Source: an uncultured Erysipelotrichaceae bacterium (GTDB lineage Bacteria > Bacillota_I > Bacilli_A > Erysipelotrichales > Erysipelotrichaceae). Taken from it: a stretch of DNA of 32,000 bases. Position numbers and translations under genes: made by a program. The stretch covers positions 450,001 to 482,000 of the forward strand of contig OW818668.1 of assembly GCA_942493105.1 (NCBI GenBank), read 5' to 3'. Of the stretch, positions 1 to 11,900 are shown in pieces. Below the pieces are notes generated by a model. It was given only the letters and a program-made list of their open reading frames with translations, did no database searches and was not told where the DNA came from. How positions within the stretch are numbered: position 1 is the first letter of the stretch; each line of letters begins with the position of its first letter.

Positions 1-261
1 GTCAGCGTGCCCTGGGCAATCTACGTGTGCATAGTGACGTGCAACAGTCGAATACTCGACGTGTGCGGTGTTGATTGTAATTCCACGGGCTTTTTCTTCA
101 GGTGCGCCATCGATTTGGTCGTAACGCATTTCCTTAGCCATACCTTTTTTGGCCAGGTAGCGGGTGATCGCAGCAGTCAGTGTTGTTTTTCCATGGTCAA
201 CGTGGCCAATGGTTCCAATATTTACGTGCGGCTTGGATCTGTCAAATTTTTCTTTTGCCAT
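1..261 (-). CDS. tuf: Elongation factor Tu, first 87 codons (gene continues beyond the left edge)
   Basis: Reverse complement of 261..1 reads [40 protein letters not shown]...[27 protein letters not shown], with P-loop GHVDHGKT and G3 DCPGH. A GGAGGAG SD lies 8 nt upstream of the ATG at 261. It is absent from the ORF track only because no stop lies in the window. Confidence 0.97.
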   Translation of the reverse strand, partial: MAKEKFDRSKPHVNIGTIGHVDHGKTTLTAAITRYLAKKGMAKEMRYDQIDGAPEEKARGITINTAHVEYSTVARHYAHVDCPGHAD

Positions 262-335
262 AATTTGTTCTCCTCCAATATGGGTTGTTAGTAAGCACTT
301 CTATTCTATTCTAAACAAGTCCCAAAATCAAGCCA

Positions 336-2414
336 TTACTTTTCTTCAGCGTTCTTTTTAGCGATTTTTTCAGCAATGGATTTAGGCACTTCTGAATAGT
401 GGTCAAACTGCATAGAATAGGAGCCACGACCTTGTGTAAAGGAGCGCAGATCGGTTGCATAACCAAACATTTCAGACAGTGGGATCTCGGCTTGGACGAT
501 GGTTGCGTTACCGCGTTCCACCTGGTCTTTGATCTGTCCACGACGTGAACTGACATCACCCATGACAGATCCTAAGTATTCACTAGGGGCTGTCACTTCG
601 ATGGCCATGATGGGCTCAAGGATAACTGGACTGCACTTTCTTCCGGCTTCTTTCAAAGCCATGGAAGCAGCAATCTTATAAGCCATTTCTGAGGAGTCTA
701 CATCATGGTAGGATCCATCAAATAATGTGGCTTTGATGTCGATGATCGGATACCCGGCGATCAGTCCGTTAGGTAAGGCTGCAAGCAGACCTTCCATCGT
801 AGGCTTGATGTATTCTTTAGGAACAGTTCCCCCCACGATGTTATCGACGAAGGTAAAGCCTTTACCGACTTCATTGGGTTCAAACTTGATCCATACGTGT
901 CCATATTGACCACGTCCACCTGACTGACGGATGAAACGGCCTTCACATTCTGCTGTACCGCGAATGGTTTCACGATAAGCAACTTGTGGAGCACCAACGT
1001 TGGCTTCAACTTTGAATTCGCGTTTCATACGATCCACGATGATGTCTAAGTGAAGTTCGCCCATACCGGCAATGATGGTTTGTCCTGTTTCAGGATCTGT
1101 ATAGGTTCTGAATGTTGGATCTTCTTCAGCCAGCTTTTGTAAAGCAATGCCCATCTTATCGAGTTCGCCTTTGGTTTTAGGTTCAATGGCGATGTTGATG
1201 ACAGGTTCTGGGAAGATCATCTTTTCTAGGATGATGAATGCTTTTTCATCACAGAGGGTATCTCCTGTGGTGGTATCTTTTAATCCAACAGCTGCGGCGA
1301 TGTCGCCAGAGTAAACATCGGTGATTTCATTTCTGTGATTGGCATGCATTTGAACCAGTCTGGAGAAACGTTCACGATTGTTTTTGGTGGAGTTGAAGAC
1401 ATAGGATCCGGAACCGATTTTTCCGGAATAGACTCTGAAGTAGGTCAATCGTCCAATGAATGGATCAGTCATAACTTTGAATGCCAAAGCTGAAAACGGT
1501 TCCGAATCATCAGCATGTCTTACATCAGATGACCCATCTTCCTTGATGCCGGTAATGGCCGGAACATCCAGTGGAGAAGGCAAGTAATCGATAACGGCAT
1601 CCAGCATCGCTGTAACGCCTTTGTTTTTATAAGCTGCACCGCACAGAACTGGGAAGAATTCTCCAGTGATGACGGCTTTACGGATGGCTCTTTTGATTTC
1701 CTCAACACTGAGTTCATCGCCTTCCAGATATTTCATCATGATTTCTTCATCGTAATCCGCAACGATCTCAACGAGTTTAGCGCGATATTCTTCAACGCTT
1801 TCTCTCATCTCAACAGGGATTTCAGTAAATGTATCTTCCTTTGACTTATCGCCTGAGAAGATTCTGGCTTTACGTTCGATGATGTCAACCAATCCATCAA
1901 AATAATTCTCAACACCGATCGGTAATTGGATCGGGGTCGCTTTGGCACCCAAACGGGTGATCAAAGTCTTGGCTGACATGTAGAAGTCCGCTCCAGTCGC
2001 ATCCATCTTATTGACGAATACGATACGGGGGACGTTGTATTTTGTTGCTTGTCTCCAAACGGTTTCAGTTTGAGGTTCTACCCCATTCTTACCATCCAGA
2101 AGCGTTACGGCACCATCTAAGACTCTGAGTGAACGTTCTACTTCAACGGTGAAGTCGACGTGACCCGGGGTATCTATGATGTTGATTCGGTTGCCTTTCC
2201 ACTGAGCCGTTGTGGCTGCGGAAGTAATCGTGATCCCGCGTTCTTGTTCTTGTGCCATCCAGTCCATGGTGGCCGCGCCATCATGCACTTCGCCAATCTT
2301 ATGGGTTTTTCCGGTATAGAATAGGATACGTTCGGTTGTAGTGGTTTTACCGGCATCGATGTGTGCCATGATTCCGATATTTCTTGTGTTCGCTAGTGAA
2401 TATTCACGTGGCAT
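336..2414 (-). CDS. fusA: Elongation factor G
   Basis: 692 aa. N-terminus [24 protein letters not shown], then DTPGHVDF and NKMD GTPase motifs. It sits in the canonical position between rpsG and tuf. Confidence 0.98.
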   Translation of the reverse strand: MPREYSLANTRNIGIMAHIDAGKTTTTERILFYTGKTHKIGEVHDGAATMDWMAQEQERGITITSAATTAQWKGNRINIIDTPGHVDFTVEVERSLRVLDGAVTLLDGKNGVEPQTETVWRQATKYNVPRIVFVNKMDATGADFYMSAKTLITRLGAKATPIQLPIGVENYFDGLVDIIERKARIFSGDKSKEDTFTEIPVEMRESVEEYRAKLVEIVADYDEEIMMKYLEGDELSVEEIKRAIRKAVITGEFFPVLCGAAYKNKGVTAMLDAVIDYLPSPLDVPAITGIKEDGSSDVRHADDSEPFSALAFKVMTDPFIGRLTYFRVYSGKIGSGSYVFNSTKNNRERFSRLVQMHANHRNEITDVYSGDIAAAVGLKDTTTGDTLCDEKAFIILEKMIFPEPVINIAIEPKTKGELDKMGIALQKLAEEDPTFRTYTDPETGQTIIAGMGELHLDIIVDRMKREFKVEANVGAPQVAYRETIRGTAECEGRFIRQSGGRGQYGHVWIKFEPNEVGKGFTFVDNIVGGTVPKEYIKPTMEGLLAALPNGLIAGYPIIDIKATLFDGSYHDVDSSEMAYKIAASMALKEAGRKCSPVILEPIMAIEVTAPSEYLGSVMGDVSSRRGQIKDQVERGNATIVQAEIPLSEMFGYATDLRSFTQGRGSYSMQFDHYSEVPKSIAEKIAKKNAEEK

Positions 2415-2452
2415 TAGCGGGTCACCTCCTTAGTTAAGCGCAAGCGCATATC

Positions 2453-2923
2453 TTACCAACGGTAATGAGCGAAGGCTTTGTTGGCTTCAGCCATCTTATG
2501 AACGTCGTCTCTTTTCTTAACGGAAGCGCCTGTGCCGTTTGCGGCATCGACGATTTCATTGGCTAAACGCTGTTGCATAGTTTTTTCGTTTCTTAAGCGA
2601 GAGTAATTAACGATCCATCTTAGTCCTAAAGTCAATCTGCGTTCAGCGGATACTTCTACCGGTACTTGGTAGTTGGAGCCCCCTACACGTCTGGCTTTGA
2701 GTTCTAACATCGGCATAACGTTGGCAAGTGCTTGTTCAAACACTTCCATTGGCTGACGACTTGTTTTTTCTTCGATCATATCGAAGGCATCATAGAGGAT
2801 ATTGGAAGCAACACCGCGCTTACCATCTAACATGATCTTATTAATTAAACGGGTAACCAACTTTGAGTTGTAGATCGGATCGATCAGGACGTCTCTTTTG
2901 GCTATAAAACCTTTTCTTGGCAT
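2453..2923 (-). CDS. rpsG: 30S ribosomal protein S7
   Basis: 156 aa, MPRKG...[23 protein letters not shown]...AFAHYRW, a typical S7. AAAGGAGCG SD upstream. str-operon position. Confidence 0.98.
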   Translation of the reverse strand: MPRKGFIAKRDVLIDPIYNSKLVTRLINKIMLDGKRGVASNILYDAFDMIEEKTSRQPMEVFEQALANVMPMLELKARRVGGSNYQVPVEVSAERRLTLGLRWIVNYSRLRNEKTMQQRLANEIVDAANGTGASVKKRDDVHKMAEANKAFAHYRW

Positions 2924-2940
2924 GTTCTGTCGCTCCTTTC

Positions 2941-3363
2941 TTACTTAGCGGCCTTTTTAGGACGCTTGGCACCATAGAGGGATCTACCCTGTCTACGGCT
3001 GTCTACTCCGGCACAGTCTAAAGTACCGCGGATGATGTGGTAACGAACCCCAGGTAAATCTTTGACACGGCCGCCTCTAATCATGACGACGCTGTGTTCC
3101 TGTAGGTTATGGCCGATTCCTGGGATATATGCGGTAACTTCCATTCCGTTGGATAAACGGACACGGGCATATTTACGCAAAGCAGAATTCGGTTTCTTTG
3201 GTGTCATGGTACCGACACGGGTGCAGACTCCACGTTTTTGCGGAGATGAGATGTCAGTCGGACGACGTTCCAAAGTATTCAAACCTCTGTTTAAAGCAGG
3301 AGACTTTGATTTATAGACTTTGTTTGTACGGCCTTGGCTGACCAATTGATTGATTGTAGGCAT
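2941..3363 (-). CDS. rpsL: 30S ribosomal protein S12
   Basis: The track ORF begins at 3402, but the conserved S12 N-terminus MPTINQL starts at the ATG at 3363, preceded by AAAGGGG. The product is 140 aa and contains the [10 protein letters not shown] motif. The 13 upstream codons ([13 protein letters not shown]) are probably 5' UTR. Confidence 0.95.
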   Translation of the reverse strand: MPTINQLVSQGRTNKVYKSKSPALNRGLNTLERRPTDISSPQKRGVCTRVGTMTPKKPNSALRKYARVRLSNGMEVTAYIPGIGHNLQEHSVVMIRGGRVKDLPGVRYHIIRGTLDCAGVDSRRQGRSLYGAKRPKKAAK

Positions 3364-3460
3364 TTCGTACCCCTTTCTTGCACACATTACCGGGTGTGCC
3401 ATCTTTTCTAATTGAAGTTTAGTTCCGCTAAACGGAACGCATTCATCGATAAGCCTTCAT

Positions 3461-3489
3461 ATTCTAATGCGTTTGATAAGCAATGTCAA
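3461..3489 (-). promoter_or_regulatory. Sigma-A type promoter of the rpsL-rpsG-fusA-tuf operon
   Basis: Minus strand reads TTGACA (3489..3484), a 17-nt spacer, then TAGAAT (3466..3461). This leaves a leader of roughly 90 nt before rpsL. Confidence 0.7.
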
Positions 3490-3494
3490 TGATT

Positions 3495-3527
3495 AAATAG
3501 AAAAAACGGTTGTTTCCAACCGTTTTT
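3495..3527 (-). terminator. Intrinsic terminator after rpoC
   Basis: Minus-strand RNA reads AAAAACGGTTG-GAAA-CAACCGTTTTTTCTATTT. The stem is 3507-3512 paired with 3517-3522, extendable by A-U pairs, and is followed by a U tract. It starts 6 nt after the rpoC stop. Confidence 0.8.
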
Positions 3528-3532
3528 AATGT

Positions 3533-6500
3533 TTATTCGCCTTTGTCTGACTTTTCCTGATCTCTCAGGATTTCTAAGGAGTTTTGTTCCTCTTCACGAC
3601 GGGCATTTTTAGCATAACGAGCTTCTCTCAACAAGGCTGCTTTAGCCTGAATCAAACGAGAAGATTCGCGGTCTACTTTAGAGCCTGTTCCTGCTGGGAT
3701 ACGTTTACCGATGATGACGTTTTCTTTCAAGCCTTTGAGATGATCGATTTTTCCTTTGATGGAAGCATCGGTCAAGACTTTGGTGGTTTCCTGGAAGGAA
3801 GCCGCCGACAAGAAGGAATCGGTTTCAACGGAAGACTTGGAGATCCCCAGTAACAGAGGTTTGAAAGCTGCCGGCGTCTTCCCATTCATCAGATACTTTT
3901 GATTGAGTCTGGTGATGTGGGAGATGCTCATCTGTTGACCAATTGAGAGCTTCGCATCGCCGCCATCGGTGATGACGATTTTACGCAACATTTGTCTGAT
4001 CATGACTTCCAGATGTTTATCGGAGATTTCAATCCCTTGGGACTGATAGACTTTCTTAACTTCTTTTAAGATATAGAACTGTACGCTTTCAACGCCTCCG
4101 ACTTCCAAGAGCTCTTTAGGATCGATATGATCATCAGTCAGGTTTTCACCGGCTTCGACATATTCGCCCTTCTTAAGGTCTTGTCTGATGTGTTGGGTCA
4201 AACTCGCAAAGTGGGATACCACTTCGTTGGTGTTGTGGTTGGTAACGTCAATACGAATCAACAATTCTTTCGCATCGTTTTCTTCGCGATCGAAGAAGTC
4301 TGTGTTGACGGATTCGATGGCTGAGATGACGCCTGAGATCTTCGCTAATACAGCAGGACGTTTAGGACGTCTGGCTTCAAAGAGTTCTTCAACACGAGGT
4401 AAACCTTGGGTGATGTCTCCGCCTTCTGCTGCAGCGACCCCTCCAGTATGGAAGGTACGCATGGTCAACTGAGTTCCTGGTTCCCCAATGGATTGGGCAG
4501 CCATGATCCCAACAGCTTCGCCGACTTCGACTGGTTTGCCTGTGGCCAAGTTACGGCCATAGCACTTCACACAGATCCCATCGGTTGATTTACAAGTAAA
4601 TACGTTCCTGATCTTGGCTTTTTTGATGCCTGCTTCAACGATCAAGGTTGCCATAGGTTCAGAGATGTAGGCATCGCTTTCAACCATGACCTCACCTGTC
4701 TTAGGATTGATGATGTCTTCTTTGGAATATCGGCCAATCAGACGATCTTTCAGATCTTCAATGACCGTGTTGTTTTTACGATCGCGGATGTCTTCAATAT
4801 CATAGCCTTGATCGGTCTCACAATCTTCTTCAACGATCATGACATCTTGGGCCACATCGACGAGACGACGTGTCAGGTATCCGGATTCAGCAGTCTTCAA
4901 GGCAGTATCGGTCAACCCTTTACGAACCCCGTGGGTCGAAATAAAGAATTCTGACACATTGAGTCCTTTACGGAATGAAGAATATATTGGTACTTCGAAG
5001 ACTGAAGGAATATAACGTGCTTCTGCCTTGGATAGATTGCTTAAAGCATTACCGATGACCTTCTCATCTTTCTTCTCTTCGCCGGCACTCTTAGAGGCCA
5101 CGTATTTGAAGAAGGATTCTGGGGTTTCGACATAAGCTTCAGCGATTTTGATGGCTGCTGCATAGAAGGCATCTGCTGTATCAAACAGGTTTTTAATGTC
5201 TACGGTATTCAGACTCAAAGCGGATACTTTCACAGCTTCAGAGACGTTCTCTGGGCTCAAACCGCGTTTTACGACTTCTTTGAAGAGGCCGTTGAGTGCT
5301 TTTTGAACTTCATTGAGTTTCTTAATATACTGGACACTGTAATAGATCTTATCAATGGCTTGTTTATCGTTGGTGTAGGTTTCTAAGACAAATTCATCCC
5401 AAGCAGCTTCATCTAAAGGTGTGGTTTCTAATAGGCTCTTAGCTTTAGCCAAGACACTTTCATCACACGTCGCTAAGAGGAGATCTGCTTTGGTTTTGAG
5501 GTCTTCAGACAACACAGTGGTGAAGTTTTTTAATGGATCAGCATATTTCATCAAGCCAAGATCGCACTTTTCATCAAAAATCTTACGTACAAGTTCATCA
5601 TACGAAGTCTTGATCTTTCCAAGTGATTCAATTTCTTGTTTGGTGAAGTTGCGTTCTACGAACTTCGAAGCCAAGGTGAAGTGATCCAACAAGGCAACCG
5701 GGATCTCAGAGAGCATCTTGATCTTATTGATGGATTGGAAGACACGGTTATCATCAACGACATCAAAGGCGATGTTGTCGATGTGCTTCTCGCCTTCTGA
5801 TTTAAGTGTGATCTTTTCTTTGTCGGATAAGACATTGAGGATGATCGCATTTTCTTTCTTCAGAAGGAACTTGACGTTTTCATATAAGGAAGCTTGAGCT
5901 AAATCTTCTTTGGTCAAAGTATTGGTCAGTAAGGTTTTTGCTAAGTCGACCAAACCCTGTTTCTTCTCGGCCTGTTTGATTTGTTTCTCATCCAGCTTAA
6001 CCATGATGAAGGGGTTTTTCTGATCTAAGCGTAAAGCAATACTGTCTTTTTGTTCCTTGATCCACAAAGCTTTATCGAGTTGAACGATCAATTCATCGGT
6101 ACTGTTACGACCCATGAAGTTGGTGGTCAATTTTTCAAAACCTTGTTCAAATTCAGTTTTGGCAAGTTTGATGGCTTCGTTTTGAGTTGTGATCGTAAAG
6201 TGATGATCGCCTTTGACAGCGTCATTTTTGATCATGGTCAAAACGGTATCTTGATCTAGTTCGCCAGTGGTCTGCAGTTTTTCAACATTCGCTTGAACTT
6301 TTTTGCGAGCTTTGACGTTGAGGTCGATCGCATAAGCATTCAAGTGTTTGATTTGAGTATAGACATCCAAGGCTTTGAAATCTTCATAGAGTTCATAGAG
6401 TTTGATCTTTTTGGTTTCTTCAGCCAATTTGATGGCTTCTTCACGTTCTTTGATCAAGATCAATTCTGCAGGTTCCAAAGCAAAGTCTAAATAGTGTTCT

Positions 6501-8914
6501 TTCAATAAACTTCTGAACTCGCGCTTCTTGCCTTCCATATTCTGGGAGGTTTCAGCTTGGTGAGATTTTGTGGAAGAGATCGGTTTACCCATCAATCCAC
6601 GAATACCAGCCAACTGTGTAAAGTGCGAGGCATTACCACGAGCACCGGAAGTCTTCATCATATTGATGGGGTTCTTACGAGGCAAGTGAGCTTCTAAATC
6701 TTTTCCGATATCGGATTTGATGCGATCCCAAAGGATGGTGACATGACGTTCCCACTCACGAGGGGTCAAACGGCCGGTTTGACGGAGATCCATCAATTTG
6801 GCTTCTTGAATCTTACCCATCTCAACGAGATTGGCTGTGTTTGGAGATACAACGATGTCGCTTAACGCAACGGTCATACCGGCTACTGTCGAATACTTAA
6901 AGCCGTTGTCTTTGATTTTATCTAAGATTTCGGAAGTCTTTGAAGTGCCATAACGGTTGAATACTTCAGCGATGATGGTCCCTAAGTCTTTTTTCTTGAA
7001 GTCATTGCTGATCTTTAAGGATTGGATGTATTTCTTGACGTTTTCACCAAGTGGGACAAAATAACGCTGAGGAGTCGCAATGAAATTCTCTTTGGAGACT
7101 TCATTGATATACGGTAAATCGCTAGGGAACATTTCATTGAAGATCAGTTTCCCAACGGTCGTGATCAAATAGGATGCATTTTGAGAAGCACTGAAACCAT
7201 CTTTACCTAAAGATCTGGCACGAACAGCAATGCGGGTATGGATATGGATCTCTTTGGATTCATAGGCCATCAAGGCTTCATTGATGTCTTTATAGATATG
7301 ACCTTCATTATCAGCAAAGCGATTCCATAACAGATAACCATCATTGTCGCCAAGTGCTTTTAAAAGCTCAGCTTTAGCAACAAATTCGGCAGCTGTTTCT
7401 TCCATATTCAGATAGAAGTTTCCCATGACCATGTCTTGGGAAGGGGTAACGATTGGTTTACCATCTTTAGGACCCAATATATTATTGGAACCCAGCATCA
7501 AGACTTCAGCTTCAGCTCTGGATTCTTCGCTCAACGGTACGTGGACGGCCATTTGGTCGCCATCGAAGTCGGCATTGAAAGCAGGCGTTACTAAAGGATG
7601 AAGACGAATGGCTCTGCCTTCGACCAATTTTGGCATGAAAGCTTGGATGCCTAATCTATGCAAAGTAGGCGCACGATTTAACAGGACAGGATGATTGTGG
7701 ATGACATCTTCAACGACGTCCCATACACGAGGATCTTGTCTTTCGATTAACTTTTCAGCTGATTTTGGATTTGATGTCAATTGACGATGAACCATTTCAT
7801 TGATGACGAAAGGTTTGAACAATTGGATGGCCATTTCACGTGGGATCCCACATTCAAACATTCTAAGATCTGGTCCTACCGCAATAACTGAACGGCCAGA
7901 GAAGTCGACACGTTTACCTAACAAATTCTGTCTAAAGCGGCCTTGTTTCCCTTTTAAGCTGTGGGATAAGGATTTCAGAGGACGTTGTCCGGCACCTGCG
8001 ATCGGTTTTGATCTGCGGCCATTGTCGATTAAAGCATCGACAGCTTCTTGAAGCATACGTTTTTCATTTTGAACGATGATGGATGGTGTACCCATTTCGA
8101 TCAAACGTTTTAAACGGCTATTTCTTGTAATAACTCTGCGATATAAGTCATTTAAGTCACTGGTAGCGAAACGTCCGCCATCCAGCTGTAACATCGGTCT
8201 TAAATCGGGTGGGATGACTGGTAATACGGTCAAAACCATCCATTCAGGTTCATTGTCTGAGTTTCTGAAGGCATCGATGGTTTCTAAACGTTTGATCAAT
8301 TTCTTACGTTTATCGCCTTGAGCATCTTTCAATTCTTCAATGACACCTCTGTGTTCTTTAGGTAAATCGATGCGTTCGAGCAATTCTTTAACGGCTTCTG
8401 CGCCTGTTTTCGCAACGAAAGAACCTACGCCCCATTCACGGGTATAGTCTCTGTATTCCTTTTCAGAAATGATTTGTTTGTAGGAAAGATCCGTATCTCC
8501 AGCATCAATAACGACCCAGGATACGAAGTAAACGACTTCTTCCAGATTCTTAGGAGAGATGCCTAAAAGTAAGCTCATTCTTGATGGAATGCCTCTTAGG
8601 TACCAAATGTGGGCAACAGGTGCAGCCAAATCGATATGGCCCATACGTTCACGTCTAACGGAACTTTTGGTGACTTCGACGCCGCAACGGTCACAGACGA
8701 CCCCTTTGTATCTTACTTTTTTATACTTACCGCAATAACATTCCCAGTCCTTGGAAGGTCCGAAAATACGTTCACAGAATAAGCCATCACGTTCAGGTTT
8801 TTGAGAACGATAATTGATGGTTTCTGGTTTCTTGACTTCGCCATGGCTCCATTCACGGATCCGTTCTGGAGAAGCCAAACCAATTTGAATAGAGGCAAAA
8901 TTGTTGATACTCAT
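3533..8914 (-). CDS. rpoC: DNA-directed RNA polymerase subunit beta-prime, with a roughly 520-aa in-frame insertion in the F-loop
   Basis: 1793 aa. The core motifs are all present: the Zn finger [23 protein letters not shown], the catalytic NADFDGDQM, the bridge helix [34 protein letters not shown], and a compact trigger loop [31 protein letters not shown]. Residues 779-1306 (nt 4997-6580) have no counterpart in the B. subtilis or E. coli sequences as I recall them. Confidence 0.97.
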   Translation of the reverse strand: MSINNFASIQIGLASPERIREWSHGEVKKPETINYRSQKPERDGLFCERIFGPSKDWECYCGKYKKVRYKGVVCDRCGVEVTKSSVRRERMGHIDLAAPVAHIWYLRGIPSRMSLLLGISPKNLEEVVYFVSWVVIDAGDTDLSYKQIISEKEYRDYTREWGVGSFVAKTGAEAVKELLERIDLPKEHRGVIEELKDAQGDKRKKLIKRLETIDAFRNSDNEPEWMVLTVLPVIPPDLRPMLQLDGGRFATSDLNDLYRRVITRNSRLKRLIEMGTPSIIVQNEKRMLQEAVDALIDNGRRSKPIAGAGQRPLKSLSHSLKGKQGRFRQNLLGKRVDFSGRSVIAVGPDLRMFECGIPREMAIQLFKPFVINEMVHRQLTSNPKSAEKLIERQDPRVWDVVEDVIHNHPVLLNRAPTLHRLGIQAFMPKLVEGRAIRLHPLVTPAFNADFDGDQMAVHVPLSEESRAEAEVLMLGSNNILGPKDGKPIVTPSQDMVMGNFYLNMEETAAEFVAKAELLKALGDNDGYLLWNRFADNEGHIYKDINEALMAYESKEIHIHTRIAVRARSLGKDGFSASQNASYLITTVGKLIFNEMFPSDLPYINEVSKENFIATPQRYFVPLGENVKKYIQSLKISNDFKKKDLGTIIAEVFNRYGTSKTSEILDKIKDNGFKYSTVAGMTVALSDIVVSPNTANLVEMGKIQEAKLMDLRQTGRLTPREWERHVTILWDRIKSDIGKDLEAHLPRKNPINMMKTSGARGNASHFTQLAGIRGLMGKPISSTKSHQAETSQNMEGKKREFRSLLKEHYLDFALEPAELILIKEREEAIKLAEETKKIKLYELYEDFKALDVYTQIKHLNAYAIDLNVKARKKVQANVEKLQTTGELDQDTVLTMIKNDAVKGDHHFTITTQNEAIKLAKTEFEQGFEKLTTNFMGRNSTDELIVQLDKALWIKEQKDSIALRLDQKNPFIMVKLDEKQIKQAEKKQGLVDLAKTLLTNTLTKEDLAQASLYENVKFLLKKENAIILNVLSDKEKITLKSEGEKHIDNIAFDVVDDNRVFQSINKIKMLSEIPVALLDHFTLASKFVERNFTKQEIESLGKIKTSYDELVRKIFDEKCDLGLMKYADPLKNFTTVLSEDLKTKADLLLATCDESVLAKAKSLLETTPLDEAAWDEFVLETYTNDKQAIDKIYYSVQYIKKLNEVQKALNGLFKEVVKRGLSPENVSEAVKVSALSLNTVDIKNLFDTADAFYAAAIKIAEAYVETPESFFKYVASKSAGEEKKDEKVIGNALSNLSKAEARYIPSVFEVPIYSSFRKGLNVSEFFISTHGVRKGLTDTALKTAESGYLTRRLVDVAQDVMIVEEDCETDQGYDIEDIRDRKNNTVIEDLKDRLIGRYSKEDIINPKTGEVMVESDAYISEPMATLIVEAGIKKAKIRNVFTCKSTDGICVKCYGRNLATGKPVEVGEAVGIMAAQSIGEPGTQLTMRTFHTGGVAAAEGGDITQGLPRVEELFEARRPKRPAVLAKISGVISAIESVNTDFFDREENDAKELLIRIDVTNHNTNEVVSHFASLTQHIRQDLKKGEYVEAGENLTDDHIDPKELLEVGGVESVQFYILKEVKKVYQSQGIEISDKHLEVMIRQMLRKIVITDGGDAKLSIGQQMSISHITRLNQKYLMNGKTPAAFKPLLLGISKSSVETDSFLSAASFQETTKVLTDASIKGKIDHLKGLKENVIIGKRIPAGTGSKVDRESSRLIQAKAALLREARYAKNARREEEQNSLEILRDQEKSDKGE

Positions 8915-11900
8915 TACATTAAGTCCTCCTGATCATCCGCACCGACAACGGCTGCTTCTGGGATCTCATCTTCGATCATATCAGGGATATCTTCATCATC
9001 CAAACCTAATTCAGTAGGTAAGATGGGTTCAACATCCAACACAGAGTTGTCTTCGACTTCGATCTTTTTCATGTCGACTTCTTGTTTGTCTTCATCCAAG
9101 AGTTTGACATCAATACCCAAGGCATTGAGTTCATGTTTAAGCACTCTGAAGGATTCTGGTACACCAGGTTCTGGAATATCTTTACCTTTGATGATGGCTT
9201 CATAGGTCTTTGTACGGCCCATGATATCATCGGATTTGATGGTCAAGATCTCCTGTAAGGTACTGGATGCGCCATAAGCTTCAAGGGCCCAAACTTCCAT
9301 TTCTCCGAAACGCTGACCACCGTTTTGAGCTTTACCGCCCAAAGGTTGTTGCGTAACCAAAGAATAAGGACCTGTTGCACGGGCATGCAACTTATCATCG
9401 ACCATGTGCGCCAGTTTGATCATATACATGACCCCTACTGAGATACGTTCGTCGAATTGTTCACCGGTACGGCCATCAAATAAGATGGTCTTACCGTCTT
9501 CTGTCATCTCTGCTTCACGCATGATGTCTTTGAGTTCTTCATTGTTGATGCCATCGAAAACAGGGGTCGCAAACTTCACGCCAAGTTTTTCAGCAGCCAT
9601 TCCCAAATGGATCTCAAGGACCTGTCCAATGTTCATACGAGAAGGAACACCGAATGGATTCAGCATGATATCGACCTGACTTCCATCAGGTAAGAAAGGC
9701 ATGTCTTCTACCGGCAAGATCTTTGAGATAACGCCCTTATTGCCATGACGGCCGGCCATTTTATCCCCTTCTGAGATCTTACGTTTTTGTACGATATACA
9801 CTTTAACGACACGTTTGACACCTGGTGCCAAATCATGTCCATCTTCACGATCAAAGATTCGGACGGCTTGAACGATACCGCTTCCGCCATGAGGTACTTT
9901 TAAGGAGTTGTCTCTGACTTCACGGCTCTTGTCTCCAAAGATGGCCAAGAGCAATTTTTCTTCTGGAGAAATTTCGCTTTGTCCTTTAGGAGTGACTTTA
10001 CCGACCAAGATATCGCCTTCTTTAACTTCAGCTCCGATCATGACAATGCCTTGAGCATCCAAATGACGGCAAGCATCTTGGGATACGTTAGGAATATCAC
10101 GGGTGATTTCTTCATCACCGAGCTTTGTATCACGAACTTCAAGATCATATTCTTCAATATGAATGGAAGTATACACATCATCTTTGACCAAACGTTCAGA
10201 CATGATGACCGCATCTTCATAGTTATAGCCATACCATGTCATAAACGCGATCTTGACGTTTTGGCCTAAAGCCAATTCACCAGACTGCATCGAAGGTCCA
10301 TCCGCCAAGACATCTCCACGATCGACCATATCCCCTTTACGAACTAAAGGTGTTTGATTGATACAGGTACCTTGGTTGGAACGCTTGAATTTCATCAAAT
10401 CATAAGTATGCGCCCCATCATCGGCTGTAACGACGACTTTATTGGCGTCGACATAAGTCACTAAACCTTGGTGATGAGAAATAACAGCACTGCCGGAGTC
10501 AGCTGCGATACGATGTTCAATTCCAGTTCCGACATAAGGGGAACGCGGTCTAAGCAAAGGAATCGCTTGACGCTGCATGTTGGCACCCATCAAAGCACGA
10601 GAAGCATCATCATTTTCCAAGAATGGAATACAGGCTGTCGCAACTGAAACGATCTGTTTCGGAGAGACGTCAGCGAGTTCAACTTGATCCTTCAAGACCT
10701 TAATATGGTCACCTTTATAACGGACAACGACTTCATCATGGGCTAATTTCCCATCGACGACTTCATTAGCCTGAGCAATGTTGTAGTCCATCTCATCATC
10801 TGATGATAGATAAATAACTTCATTACTGACAGTCCCGTCTTTCATGACTTTACGATAAGGGGTCTGAATAAAGCCATATTCATTGACACGGCCATAAGAG
10901 GTAAGGTTAGAGATCAATCCAATGTTTGGACCTTCAGGGGTTTCAATCGGACAGATACGACCATAGTGAGAAGCATGAACGTCACGGACTTCAAAGCCCG
11001 CACGTTCTCTGGTCAAACCACCTGGACCTAAAGCAGAAATACGACGTTTATTGGTCAACTCTGCCAATGGATTGGTTTGATCCATGAATTGAGAGAGCTG
11101 AGAAGAGGAAAAGAATTCTTTGATGGCGGCAGTCAAAGGACGGATATTGGTCAATGATTTTGGGGTTAAACCACCTAAATCAGCATTGATGGACATTCTT
11201 TCTTTAACGACACGTTCCATTCTGGATAGACCAATACGGAATTGATTTTGGATCAATTCTCCGACAGTACGGATCCTGCGGTTACCCAACTGATCGATAT
11301 CATCGGTTTCGCCGACACCTGTATGTAAATTCAAGAGATAGTCATAAGAAGCGATCATATCGCTCATGGTGACTGTTTTCTTGATCAATAAAGGATCTGT
11401 ACCGATGATCTTGATCAGATCATCATTTTCTTTGGCTTTGACATAGACTTGTTGAACAGCTGTACCAACCAACCAACATTCCGCATCCTTATCACCGAGT
11501 TCTGACCTCAATTCACGTTCTTTGTCGATGGATAAGACCATTCTGTCTTTAGAAGGTTCAAAAGTAGGAATCAAGACTTCATCTTTACTCATCGCATCTT
11601 TATCGTTGATCAAGATTCTGCCAATGACGAAGAGGCGTTGTCCATAAGACATGACGCTGTTAAAGTTAGCTTTGTTTAAAGTCAGTTTACGAGCGATCAA
11701 GCCTTCATAAACCAAGACTGTATCCACTAAAGTTTCTAAAGTCACCGCATCTTGAAATGTAATGACGGTGCCTTTATCAAGTCTGAAATCATTGATTTCA
11801 ACACTGTTGGCTAAAATACGACCCACTAAAGCATCACGATCAACTGTCTTGACGGCAATCGATTCAGGGAAACTAAAGTAAGGATTAAAAGGCATGGCCT

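Noticed and set aside
3364-3402. A 13-codon N-terminal extension of rpsL in the ORF track ([13 protein letters not shown]).
   Set aside because: The universally conserved S12 N-terminus MPTINQL begins at 3363 with its own SD. The extension has no SD and lies in the mapped leader.
4997-6580. Possibility that the RpoC insert is an intein or an inserted mobile gene.
   Set aside because: There is no C/S/T nucleophile at the N-junction; the insert starts ISSTK after GKP. There is no His-Asn followed by C/S/T at the C-junction; it ends ...IPSVF before EVPI. I saw no LAGLIDADG, HNH or GIY-YIG blocks. There is no internal SD plus start or stop. The frame is continuous with the host gene.
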